From the human T2T-CHM13v2.0 reference genome, Homo sapiens, in the NCBI RefSeq assembly GCF_009914755.1, contig NC_060926.1: a DNA stretch of 64,000 nt; one strand, given 5' to 3'. Shown here piece by piece: positions 16,467 through 29,113 of this stretch. The translations under genes and the position numbers were made by a program. The notes beneath the pieces were generated by a model. It was not told where the DNA came from, did no database searches, and saw only the letters and a list, made by a program, of their open reading frames with translations. Within the stretch, counting starts at the first letter, position 1. Every line of letters starts with the position of its first letter.

Positions 16467-16783
16467 GTCCAGGCGCAGTGGCTCACACCTGTAATCCCAG
16501 CACTTTGGGAGGCCGAGGCAGGTAGACTGCTTGAGTCCAGGAGTTCGAGACTAGCCTGGGCAACATGGTGAAACCACATCTCTACTAAAAATACAAGAAA
16601 TTAGCTAGGGATGGTAGTGTGCTCCTGTAGTCCCAGCTACCTTGGAGGCTGAGGTAGAAGAAGAGAGAATCCCCTGAGCCCAGGAGGTAAAGGCTGCTAT
16701 GAGCCATGATTGTGCCACTTCACTCCAGCCTGAGCAACCAGAGTAAGACCCTGTCTCAAACAAACTAACAAACAAAAGAAAAC
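16467..16783 (+). mobile_element. AluJ-like SINE inserted in a minus-strand MIR remnant
   Basis: Diverged dimer. TSD aaaacagtagatgga at 16452-16466 and 16784-16798. Confidence 0.9.
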
Positions 16784-18199
16784 AAAACAGTAGATGGAAA
16801 TTCAGAGTGAAATGCCTCATCCAAGGTCACACACTCAGCCCTAGGACTAGACTCTATGTCACTTACAGTGCCCTTTTCTTTACCATGTCATCTTTTCTCT
16901 TATTGGGTCAAAGGTTCATTGAAACTAGAAATAGAGAGTAATATTTATTCTTTATAAGATGCTCTGGCCTCTGAAACAACACCCAGAAATCCTCAGTGTG
17001 GGGGCAATAATCATATAGAAAAATTTTAAATATTTGGAAACTTTTTAACCTTAAAGCCATACTACACTTAGACTTAAATCCCAGTCATCTATTTTAAATG
17101 CACTTCAAAGTTTATAATCAGAAAACTCTAATTTCAAAGGAAGCATTTGTGTTTGTTTCTATTATATAAGAAAGATACGATTTTTTAAAATTAAAATTAA
17201 ATGGTTATATACATTGCCCTGTGGCTTTCATTTATAAAGCCATGACTTGTTACGTATTTGTTGTGAACTACACTTCAAATAATTTGTTGCCATCAATAGT
17301 TAAAATAGTAAAATTTGCAAATGTTTTACTTTTTTGTTTTTGTTTGGTTTGAGTAAATTAGAGCTCATCCTATATTCCTTCTACAATGACACTAGTGTAT
17401 GTAAGTCCACTCCTGTTTACCTGCATACATGGGAGGGAAAGAGGTAGAATTCCAGGTGGTCATTCCCGGAAGAGTCATACATGTGAAAATAGGCCATTAG
17501 TATTCTCAGCACAGAGGTTCCACTGAAGGGAGTCCTGGGATCACAGCAAGTTCTGCATCTTCACTCTACTTGTCACTTCATATCCTAATTCATCTTCTGG
17601 TAGCCTGAATTCATCTTCCTGGTAGTCTCTGAGGAACTCAACACCAGAGAATATTTATTTTCCCTTGTTTGAGTCCACCAAGGCCAGCACAGATCTGCTA
17701 ATGGGGGAGATGCCTATTTAATACTGCACCAAAGAGTCTCAAGCATCATCACTACATGGCTCTTTCACAACTTTGTGGATGCTAATGGGTAGCAAGGACA
17801 GCAGAAGTCTCAGAGATGATACAGAGGCTGAAGTAGCCTTTTTGCTTTTTAAGCTTAAAAAAAAAAAACAAAGCACTAACCAACTTTTGTCATACCCAAT
17901 GGCATTTTATTATGCTCTACAGAAGGATTTCATTCACAGCTGAGAAGAAAAGTTCTCACTTATCTTTTAAATAAGTTATAATAACTTTTAAAAAAGCTTA
18001 AAATGTAGGAAGGCCATATGAAACCAGACAGCTGAGTCTCTAAATCTGTCTTAAAACAATTGTACTACATGCAAACAATAGAGGCCAGGCATGCTCCCAT
18101 TATCTTGCTGAATATAAAATTCTATGCTGACACCATCCTTGATTCAATTCTGTGCTCTTTTCAGTAAGAATTATCCCCTTTATCCTTAAGATTAATACT

Positions 18200-18420
18200 A
18201 ATAACGCTCAGAAGCTACTAACATTTCTCAGGTGCCTTCTATGCAATCACCATCTCATATAAACTTCAAATAACCCCATCAATTTGGGATTATTCTCGCA
18301 AACTAGTTTCAGAAATTTTAAGCAGCCTCTACAACGTCAGAGCTCCAATTCCAGTGATGGTCCTAGAATTCAAACCCAGATCTTCTGAAGGTCCAGTGGC
18401 CTTTCCTCTCTATCCAAACA
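18200..18420 (-). mobile_element. MIR fragment
   Basis: gaattcaaacccagatcttctga and upstream MIR-like text. Confidence 0.5.
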
Positions 18421-20217
18421 CCTCGCCATGCTTCCAGCAGAGATAATGTTTCAGTCTACTTGTATAAGCTCTTTGACAACTTATACTACTTAAGTATTTT
18501 TTTAAAAAGAAGAAATGGAGGTTAAAATAAATTATATTTCCATTTGGACGTTTTACATTGTACTGAAATATTTTTTAAGTAAGACAGTCCAAAATGCTTT
18601 AACAATGACTGTATTAGTATGTATTTGTAGATCGAGTTTGTTAAGTCCAGATCCCCAGCAGGTAGGCTTGTATTCTCAGAAACGCAACTGGGATTGAGCT
18701 TCTTAAGCTACCTTCATCCCCTATTTCAACTGTTAATTACCTCCTAGATTTATGACCTTGTGTGAGTGATTGGGCCCAAATCAAAGTATGTGAAACAAGT
18801 GCACTGACCAAACAGAGTGAAATAATGAGAATTTCATCTACCCAGGTGGGGAAGCCCTTTTCTGCAGATGTTCTTTTCTGTTTCTTCTGCAATGACGATG
18901 ACTATCTTTGAAATCAACAATTATCAATGAGAAGCACTCTGGTAGAAAATTGAAACAGAAAATGTGAAGAAGGCTCCCATCTTCCTAGAACAGCATGTGA
19001 CTTTCTGCCATAAGAGCTCATTATTAAGAGGGACTAGTTCACACACCTAACCTTCCAAGGACCACAGCTTTATTAAAGGCACACCAAATGAGCCAGGTGG
19101 TTTGGTTCATGTACTAACGATGAATTAGCCCATACCTCAGTACCAAGTAAATAAGGTTGCTAACTTGGAGAAGTCATTCTGGCTGGAGAGAATAAATATG
19201 AGCAGGACATAAAAAGAGAAGTGTTTATCTGTGTGGTCAGGGAGAAATTAGGGTTGGAGTGGACACACTTATTATCTATCTGTTTTCCATCAAAACTATT
19301 TTTTAAAATGCCACTTGATCATTAATCAACAGATGCCATTCTTTGTAGAGCTATGTAAATCACTTTAGACTCTATAGAATAGATTCAGAAGGTCTGTTTG
19401 GTTTGATACCTTCAAATAGCCACACTTTGTTCTTTTAAGGTAATCTCATCACTGAGAGGCTTAACGTGTTTCAGAGATATTACCTGTCCATTCTAGAAAC
19501 AGCTAGAAAAACAGAAGCAGAAAGATGTCACCCAGGGTCAGGAACAGAGGAAGAAATAGAACCTATGGATTCCACTAATTTACAATCTGAATTTTAGAAT
19601 AATGCAAGGTAGCCAGAGGGAAAATGGAGGTCTATTTAAAAATACATTCTGAATAAAGGAGAAAACTGCTCAATGTACATGTGAAATTTTGTTTTTTTTT
19701 CACTGTTATATATGTGGTGCCTGGAATAACACTTGGCATATTCAAGAAACTCCACAAATATTTGTTGAATGAATAAGTAAAAACGCGAGAATAAAAATGG
19801 CCCATCTTCTCAATCAGGTCTATAACTTGAAGCCTAACAGCAGGCTTATCGATGAAATTTAATCATTTTTTTCCAAAAGCCAGACTTTGCTAGCTATCTA
19901 TACAAGTATAAAGGAATGTGGTTTGCCCTCTCACAGATGAAATGTGACAAGGCACTTGACTAGAACAATGACACATCAATATCTACAAGTACCTCAATTT
20001 TAGTTTAGATTTATTGTTGTTGTTTTTTGTGGGTGGGAAGGGAAAGAAGGATGCATTTTAATGCACTTTCTACCGTAGTCTCTATTTATTTTGCCTCTGT
20101 CTTTCTCATTGCTCTATGCTGCTCAATTTAATCAGTTTGCCCTTTCACAAAATGTACTAGTCACTGCCTTCTTTTAGGTGTAAAGAGTGTTTCATATTTT
20201 ATTTTTAAGTAAGTAAA

Positions 20218-20290
20218 AGGAGAGAGGGAAGGAGGGAGGGAGGCAGGGAGGGAGGGAGAAGGAAGGAAGCGGAAGGGGAAGGAGAAGGGG
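20218..20290. repeat. Polypurine (GGGA/GGAA) tract
   Basis: Direct reading, about 70 nt almost purely purine. Confidence 0.9.
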
Positions 20291-23184
20291 ATAAATAGCA
20301 ACATTGAGTTGACCAATAGGACAACAGCAAAACCAGCACCTAACAAATTCCAAAGCAATATTAAAAAAGAAAGCCAATGAAGCTTTATGTTCAAAAGCAT
20401 TCTGTTTAGTTTTATTTTCCTACCAAAATGTCAAAAAAAAAAAAAAAGTCAAGGCACTAAAGGTTTAATATTATACCTGGCTTCATTTACTCTCACCAGA
20501 AGGAAAAAACTATGAAAACATGTCTAAGGAGTACTTTGCTATCCCAAAACTTTTAAAAAACTTTAAAAATCTCAATATTCTATTAAAATAGAAAGACAAT
20601 ATATATTAGCAATTTTAGTGGTTTCTGAGCACCGGGCTTGTATCCATGAAGACTTTTTGTACCGATATAAATGACACAACTGACTGTGATTCCATTTACC
20701 TATAGGGAGCATTGGACAAAGTGCCTTCTACTCAATTTTAGGATCTAAAAACCAAGAGAGTAAGGTGCAGGAATTTCATTGCCCTTCAAAAATGCAGAAT
20801 ATAAAAATTAGACTATTATTTAAAGAAACATAGCAATAATGGAAGAACAAGCTACTCAAGAAACCAGGGTTCTCTATGTTCCCAGAAGGCAGGAAAAGAC
20901 TGAGCGAAGTGGAACCCAGCTGTTTGACATTTCACTTCCAACCAGCAACTAACCCTGAATGTTGAATTTGGAAGGCGGCGTGTTATGGAGGTCCAGTCAC
21001 TCATAGGAGGAGTTCTGCTTGGCAAAAATATTAGAACCACCCCATGATGAATGAAAAGCTAACTTCAGTAATTAAAATGATAAGCCTAGTAAAATGTTGA
21101 ACTGACTTTAAAAAAATACATTAGCAGAACCAGAAGAGAATACTATAAAAATTTATGTTTAATATTTATCAGCTTCTACAGGAAAGTCACTAAACATATG
21201 TGACTACATGATAAATGTTAGAAAAGCTGCAATAGAATAAAAAGGTAGAATACTCTGGACACACATGGAACTGAAAATCTCCCTTAGGCATTGGTTTCCT
21301 ACTACTTGCATGCCCACAGCACTTTACATTAAAAAAGAAGTCATATGAATCTCTCTTGATAATGAAAGGTTTGTTCTAGACTTGTTAATCATACCTGTAT
21401 TCTTCTACCCTGGTAACTGCAGGGTACTAGAAGCCATGTTCCACTAAAAGGCCCTAACTTTCCAGCCCAAAGACAGCTCATTCACAGGTTACCTACAAGT
21501 GATCTATGGCCAGGTGGCTTTCTATTTCCCAATCTTCTTGAGGTTATTCTAATATTTTGCCCAACAAAGCTCTTTCTTCAAAATGCAATGCCTTCCAAAT
21601 TAGGCATTCAGATGACTGATTGGAAATTGAATGCCAAGAAAGTCAGCCTTCAGGAGGATAAGGTTAACCAGTCAATTTCCCTCTTAGATGAACTTAAAGT
21701 AGTAAATATGGAGTATGCAAGAGAAAGTGAGTTTGACAAAGGCATGGTAAAAAGTCATGAGGTAGAGCACGAACCGTGGGCAGGCCAAGGTGTGGAGGAG
21801 GCAGAATTATAATGCAGAGACACTATGAGTAGTATGCAGAAGTTACAAGGTAGACAGAGATACACAGAAGATGGTAAATCAGATGATGCTTGGAAGTAAA
21901 GCTTGTAGTGGAAAGAAGTTGACATGAGAAAGAGGTAATACTATGTTCAGGATGGCAAAGGAGAAGGTGAATCCATAAATGGCAGCTGCTGAATTCCCAG
22001 TTCCAGATTCAGAGAAACCTAACCATACTCAAGAGTCCTACACCTGGATTTTCATGAAGTTCTAGCATCCTCAATTTCTTTTAATACATCTCCAATTATT
22101 AAGCTGGAATTTGTCTTGTAAAAGAAAATAATTTAACAACTTTAAGAAACTGCACATTTCTTTGGCCTACTTTGCCTGCCTACTTTTTAAATTGTACAGT
22201 GTCTTAGAGTTTTTAAAAATCTCTAGGTAAAACAAAGCCATAGCTAATGTCTAATCTACTGACTGTAATGAACTTCTTCAGCTTTGTGATTATCACTAAA
22301 GGAAACCTGTTCAGTACACTTTGGAAGATAAACCCAAGATGAAAATAACTGTCTCTTAGAGTAAAAAGAATTGATAACAAATGACTTTCAAATCTCTTTA
22401 TATTCCTGAATGACAAATTTAAAATTTTTGACATGTTGAAAACCTAGTAATATAATAAACCAAGGATGCTCTTCAAGTTGAATAAATACATACAGAACAA
22501 CATAATATCAACATGAAAAATGCTAGTGCAGCCTCACTGACAGTCAGGAACTCCCAACATCTTCCCAAGGGAGGACCTACTTCTACCCAACTGCTACAAT
22601 ATTTTATTACAAATGCAAGTGTTCATTTGCATCTCTCCTCAGGACTAGAGTGGGGATTCAAAACTCTGGAGCCACATTCACACAGTAGGCTTTGAATAGG
22701 AGCTTGGAATGAATCCAAGGTGAAAGAAAAATTCTAGTAACCCGGTAAGAGAATTTGTAAACATTCTTAATGGATTAATTAGTTTATTTGTTTCCCTGGA
22801 AGATGTCCTTCAGGAAGCAAGTTCACAAATCAAGATACAGTCTGTGCAGCTGGAGTAGAAAATCAGGGTCAGATTCCCAGGGCTGAGAGGTAAATCTGAA
22901 GTGCACTTGAACATTAGCGATAAGAGGCACATTCTGAAGCCACCTCAAAAATGCCAAAGCAGCTATGAAAAGTAAAAATTTCAGTCACATCAGTTCTTTG
23001 ACATCACACCAATGATTTGTGGGTTTCAGTGCATTAGGTGTTCTGTAAATAAGAAAACTCCCAGAACTAGATCTGCTCAGTGAATGGTTAAAAATGAAGA
23101 TCTCATAAACAGCTCTGCATCACAGCAGACAGCTAATAGTAAGTATTCAGGGAATGCTGGCTGTCGCACGTTAGCAGTGCTTTC

Positions 23185-23400
23185 CAGCACATGATAAAAG
23201 TCAGACTCTGAAGGTAGACAGATGTGAATTTAAGTTCTCACTTTGAGCGAGTTACTTTAACTTCTTTAAGCTTCAATTTCTCATCTGTGAAAGTATTAAT
23301 AGATAAAAACCAACCACCCCTTTGGTTGTTCACAATAACTGAAGAAGATAAGACATGTGAAAATCTCACATTTTGAAAGCCTGGCTCTCAAAAAGGCTAC
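23185..23400 (+). mobile_element. MIR fragment
   Basis: gagcgagttactttaacttctttaagcttcaatttctcatctgtgaaa core. Confidence 0.65.
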
Positions 23401-23575
23401 TTACTGCCAGAGAAGAAGGAAAAGGAGGAGGCAGGGGCGGAGGAAGAAGGAAGATGAAGGAGAAGCAGCAGCAGTGTCACCATTATTATTACTGGGTTTT
23501 TTAACAGACAAAACTCAGAATCAGTCTCAGAGATACTAATGATTTTTTATCTTTCACTGTTAGGCAATTACTGGC

Positions 23576-23779
23576 ACAAGCTTTCATTCTTGGCATTGTA
23601 GATCACATAAGTCTTTGTTTTGGGGGGTTGCCCTGTGCATGGTGGGATATTTGGCAGCATCTCTGACCTCTATCCACTAGATGCCAGTAGCACCCCCAAA
23701 TTATAATAACCAAAAATGACTCCAGATATTGCCAAAATATCCCATGGAAGCAAAATCTCCCCTGGTTGAGAATCATTGG
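23576..23779 (-). mobile_element. MER20 (hAT-Charlie MITE)
   Basis: gcagcatctctgacctctatccactagatgccagtagcacccc...aaaatctcccctggttgagaatcattg is the reverse complement of the MER20 consensus as I recall it. Confidence 0.85.
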
Positions 23780-24499
23780 TTGCTACCAATGACAGGGAGT
23801 CTGTGGCTTAGAAAATGTTGAAAATCGCCTGAGAAGCAACCCAGACAAGTCAAGGGACAATGCTGGTGTCTGACTGTCACTAACCGAGTCTCACATTCTT
23901 ATTCAATGTACGGCATGGAATTTTAAAACAAGTACTTGTCAGGAAACCACACAGCAGCAAGCTCAGAATTCCTGAACTTACAAAATAACCCATGGAAACA
24001 GTGTGGTGGAAATACAATAAAGCACAAATGACACAGAGAGGAACAATTTGGCAAGTGCTCCCTAATCACCCTCACTCAATGACCTAGTCATAGCATGAGC
24101 AATGTCCTTTCTTCTCTCCTGCATGAGGGAAGTGTGGTCAGAGGAAAGACTGGATGCCAAAATCGCCTGTGTTTTCATTCCGCTGGCAACCCTGGCTTCA
24201 GGCAAGGCTTGACGTCTCTCTTCCAGTTTTTCCAATTGTAAAACGGAGTTGGTAGTAATGAACCTAACCTAACCAGTGTTTTATTCTAAGCTGAGAATAT
24301 CTATTCAGCACAGGGCCTTGGGTTATAATAACTATTGGGAGAAAAATCACTACAACCACAGGAAATACTTTTGTTTCCAACCTTTCGGGGTGAAAAATGG
24401 AATTTATTTCCTCTTTTTCATGAAATGCTTTGGTTTGGTTTGCCTTACAAGGTCTCTCCTCTGTGCTATCTACACACAGACTAGAAACATTATGTAGAT

Positions 24500-24730
24500 T
24501 AGTATTTCTCAACTTGTGTTTCACTACTGATCCCCTCAGAAGGTTTTTGGGGCATTTTTGTCTAATCATGGCCCCTCTTTATGAAATTTTAATACCAGAG
24601 AGATATTATCTCTTTATGTACCAAGTTCCCTTGGAGGGCCACAAACCACTGTGAATCTAAGATATTTATGCTCCCCAGGAACCAATTCTCACCACCCTGG
24701 GGCAATGCTGGTCCAACTGTGGATTCATGA
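24500..24730 (-). mobile_element. hAT-Charlie MITE (MER112-like)
   Basis: agtatttctcaac terminus, with atgaaattttaatacca and ttggagggccacaaacca internal motifs. Confidence 0.55.
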
Positions 24731-25384
24731 TGTGACAGGATCTAGCTTACGAAGTGTGTTCAGATCCTGAAGAACTAGCTTCCAAAAGCAGGAGCTTAAA
24801 TCGGGGTTTCTGAAGAGACTGAGAATACTAAAGAGAAACCTGGATAAACCAGATAATTCAATATGACATCAAAGCTACACAACACCTGGAGAAATCCAAA
24901 TTCCCAAGGAAGAACCGTCTCATTCTCCCAGGGCTGGTGAGTCTCTGGGGCTGACAATGTCCCTCAATGGTTCAGGCCCAGCGTGGTCTCAGCTATAATC
25001 TTGCTTCATCTCTGAAGAGAAATGCCATCAAACATGCACTTAAGCATGCAAAAAATTTTGTTGGGATTATAAAATTATAATAAATTAATATAAAAATAAA
25101 TGGCATGTAATAGCTACCATCAAAGAAATTGGAGCCATGGGGCAAAGGCACTTGTGGCTTTGATGAGGTGGTCAGGTGACCTGACAGGAGAGATGCCTCA
25201 AGAAATCACATGACAGCTATATATGCATGTACACTCAGAGGAGGGGAGACAGGGACCAGGGCAGCAGGACAGTAAGTGTGTGCCCTGCAGAAAGGACATT
25301 GGCTCCAGCCACATAAAACTCTGAGCTTGGATCACATCTTCTGACTTTCTAGATTTTATGTGATATCTTCTAATTTTTAAATGT

Positions 25385-25565
25385 GGACTTGAGGGGCCGA
25401 TAGGGGGGTAAAAGGTGGGAGGAGGGGGAGGGTCCGAAAAAATAACTAATGGGTACTAGGCTTAATGCCTGGGTGATGAAATATCTGTACAACAGGCCCC
25501 CATGATACAAGTTTACCTATGTAATGAACCTGTACATGTACCCCTGAACTTAAAAGTTAAAAAAC
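25385..25565 (+). mobile_element. 5'-truncated old primate L1 (late L1PA-type) 3' end
   Basis: aataactaatgggtactaggcttaatgcctgggtgatgaaat...tgtacccctgaacttaaaagttaaaaaa. Confidence 0.85.
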
Positions 25566-28500
25566 AAGGGCTTAAAATGTCTAAACCTTTTGTGGGCTTA
25601 ACAGAAACACATCTGCAGACAATAAAAAACTATCCATTTGTCAACTCCATTTGCACACAAACAGCAAGAAAAAGTTCCTCTCTTCTTAAGAAGAGAGGCT
25701 GTGACTCCAAGGGACTTCTCAATATCACAGAAAGCACCAAATGGAGAAGGAGTGATGCAAAGCTCCCTCTTTTTATTCCAGTACATCTATGTACCCTAAT
25801 ACAACAGATTAATCTGGTGGGTAATTATGCACAGAAATCACTGCCTCATATCTTTACCATATATGAAAAATTTGGAAATAGTGTACCCTAATTACCTAAA
25901 GAAATTTAAATGGCATGCTTCCATGACCACAAGTGAAGAGGACTTACGTGTTTTTTAATATGCTGCATATATAAGCTCTTAATAATCACTGATTTTACCC
26001 ATAGTTAACAATTTAATAATGGCACATTTCCTATCTAATTAGACAAAAATGTAACATCACCAAACTAGTATTACCCTACATATGAATTTTTAAGATTTCT
26101 AAAACAGGTAATTAACTGTATCTTGCTAAAAATTTAGTTGATATGAAAGGCCCAAGTGAATTCCAACCCCGAGTCCTTGGCTTTTGGACAATTACAGACC
26201 TTTTTATAGTAGCTTGGTATGTTTTTAAATACAGCCCTCCCCAAGTCACAGAGGCTGTGCCAAATTTAGTCTCAGGAGTTCTGCTGTCTAGTGTCAGTTA
26301 TTTTTCTTCACTTTTCATATTATGACTGTAATAAACAATCCACAGCTTTGTATTTTGCTGACAGACATAAATTCAACGTTGCAAAGCAGTGTCACTCAGA
26401 TATAGGCATAACGTTAAAGAAATGTGACGTGCTGATGAGTTTCACAGTAGTTATGGGCTCAAGGTCAACAGCTGAGGCAAATTCACTTTAGAGAAAATTA
26501 CCTAATTTGTAAACTCTTTAGCTAAGGTCTGAGTGATGGAAATAAACTTTTATAAAATAAGTGCATTTCTCTTAGTGATATCAGAAGTTAATGTTGATAG
26601 CCACAAGATGCTTAAAACTGAAAAGAAAAATTACAGATTCATGCTTAGCCATTAAATATTGTCAGCATACTCTAGTTCTGACATACTAATAGAAAAGATA
26701 ATAAAACTCATAAATCAATTGGCTGTCTGCTTCTAAGATTTACTGTACTCAAACTGGCCAACTATAAGACAAAATATTATGTTGAATATATTTTTAGCTA
26801 CCTAAATACAGGGCCCAACGAGATGATAATTAATGGACAAAAAACAGACAGGCATGGTATAAGAGCTGCCATCCAGATGAAGGGAGGCCCTCAATTATAA
26901 CAAACAATGCATTTTATTACATTTATCTCAAATTTCTCTAAGTTTCCAACTTTATCACCATCTTATGATTAAAATAAGCTGTGATTAATATGTGGAATAA
27001 ATTGCTTTTTCCTTGCTGTTTTATTTCTACTTCATTTGTACTGAACTAAGATAGGCCCTGAATAAAAATTCCATGAAAAGTCAGTGGTTCCCTGAAGCAA
27101 GTCCTTGGCCTTGTGTTGGTTCAAGATAGAAGTCTAATCCAGTTCACATCAAAATGAGAAAAAAAAAAGCAGTGGAGATGCCGGGGGAGTGATAGATTTT
27201 CATATGGCTGAACTGTAGCATTTACATGATCTTTTGTCTGAGGCTATCCATTTCATTAATCTGTCTGATATCAAAGAGTATGTTATGAAATGATATTGAC
27301 AATAAATAGGAGCTTCCCTAAAACTTTTCAAATAAATTTATTTTCTAAAATAAAAGGTTGGAAAGCCTACATTGGGCCCCTCTTTAATTTTAATTTCAAT
27401 TAAATCTCCAAGTCTGAAAGCCACTGCTCTGTGTGGCTGAGTACACGGGTTTAATTATCTAAAAGAAGGTGCCCTGGTGGTGGATGAGACTTCGGTCAGA
27501 AAAGGACCAAGAAGGGAAAGGGGAGGATGGGTCCTGAAGGGTGAGTATGTGCTGTGTACCCTCATCACCCCCATCCCCAACTCTGGGATCACTGTGGATA
27601 TTGCAAGAGACTGCCTCTACAAATTCATAAGCCTAATTGCCAAACTATTAAGTTTGGGCAATTCACTCTGCGACTTTGGCCCTGGAAACTGACCAATGAT
27701 AACACAAAAGCATAGCACAAAAGCACTGGCAGAGATAATGATATTTAGATGAAAAGTGACATAAAGATGTGTTAACTTCTGGCTTCTCTCCCAAACATGT
27801 GAGGGGGGAGGGAAGGGAAAGGAGACAGAAACCTCAGGTTGGGGTGTTTCACTGCATCCCTCACCACTCCTCTCTATTTTTATCAAGAAACTGTGCCTCA
27901 CTCTCCCTTTATATTCTCCTCTTCCATTCTGCACACACATGTGCACATATGCACTCCTGCCTCAACTTTCTTTTTCTTACTCCAGGAGATTCAGAGACAG
28001 GCCAAAGGGTCCTCTTTGGTGGCAGCTGAAATTGAGAGTATTGGGCAGCAGGCCCATCTTATAACCTACCAAAACAATTTGTGGGCCAAACTCTAGGGGG
28101 TCTAACGTTGGAAACCTCAACTAATATTTCTTCTTAAAAGCAATTAATTTTAGACTATGGAAAGTGTCAGTAGTTAAACTCAATTACTATGGCAAAGCAA
28201 TATTATTTCTCTCAATGAGAGCAAAAACTAAGCCAACAAAACACGCAATCCAAAGGAAGGCAGATTTCTAAATGAGATGTAACCAAAGACAGCAAAAACT
28301 CATCTTAAAATTCTAAGAATCTGTCACAATCTGTCTCTCAAGGTTCAGCTGAGTTCAATGGTATTCCCTAGGTCATGTGGCTATTTCTTTTCCTCAGTCT
28401 AATCAAACATTCTTTGAGGGATTTTGGATGCAAAACTACTTCACAGGTTTTTTATAGAAAATGAACTGATGGAAACCATGTTTTCCGATCGAGAGATTTA

Positions 28501-28605
28501 ATTCTCCGTGAGCGCTCTGGCTTTACAATCCCACAAGTAAAATGATCTCAGGAAAGCAGCTGTCTTTGGCATTCAACTTCTCAGTCATTTTTCTTTGTGT
28601 GTGCA

Positions 28606-28659
28606 TACACACACACACACGCACGCACATGCACACACACACACACACACATACACACA
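28606..28659. repeat. Interrupted (CA)n microsatellite; (UG)n in SATB2 pre-mRNA
   Basis: Direct reading, about 160-210 nt downstream of the 28817 donor. Confidence 0.92.
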
Positions 28660-28762
28660 GTACCCACTGTGACGACAGCGTCTTCTGTACTTGGGGACCT
28701 GGCATGAGACACCCTCTGACAGAAGTTGGTGTGGTGTGTGCCACTTGGACCCTCAGCAGCTA

Positions 28763-29113
<351 letters not shown>

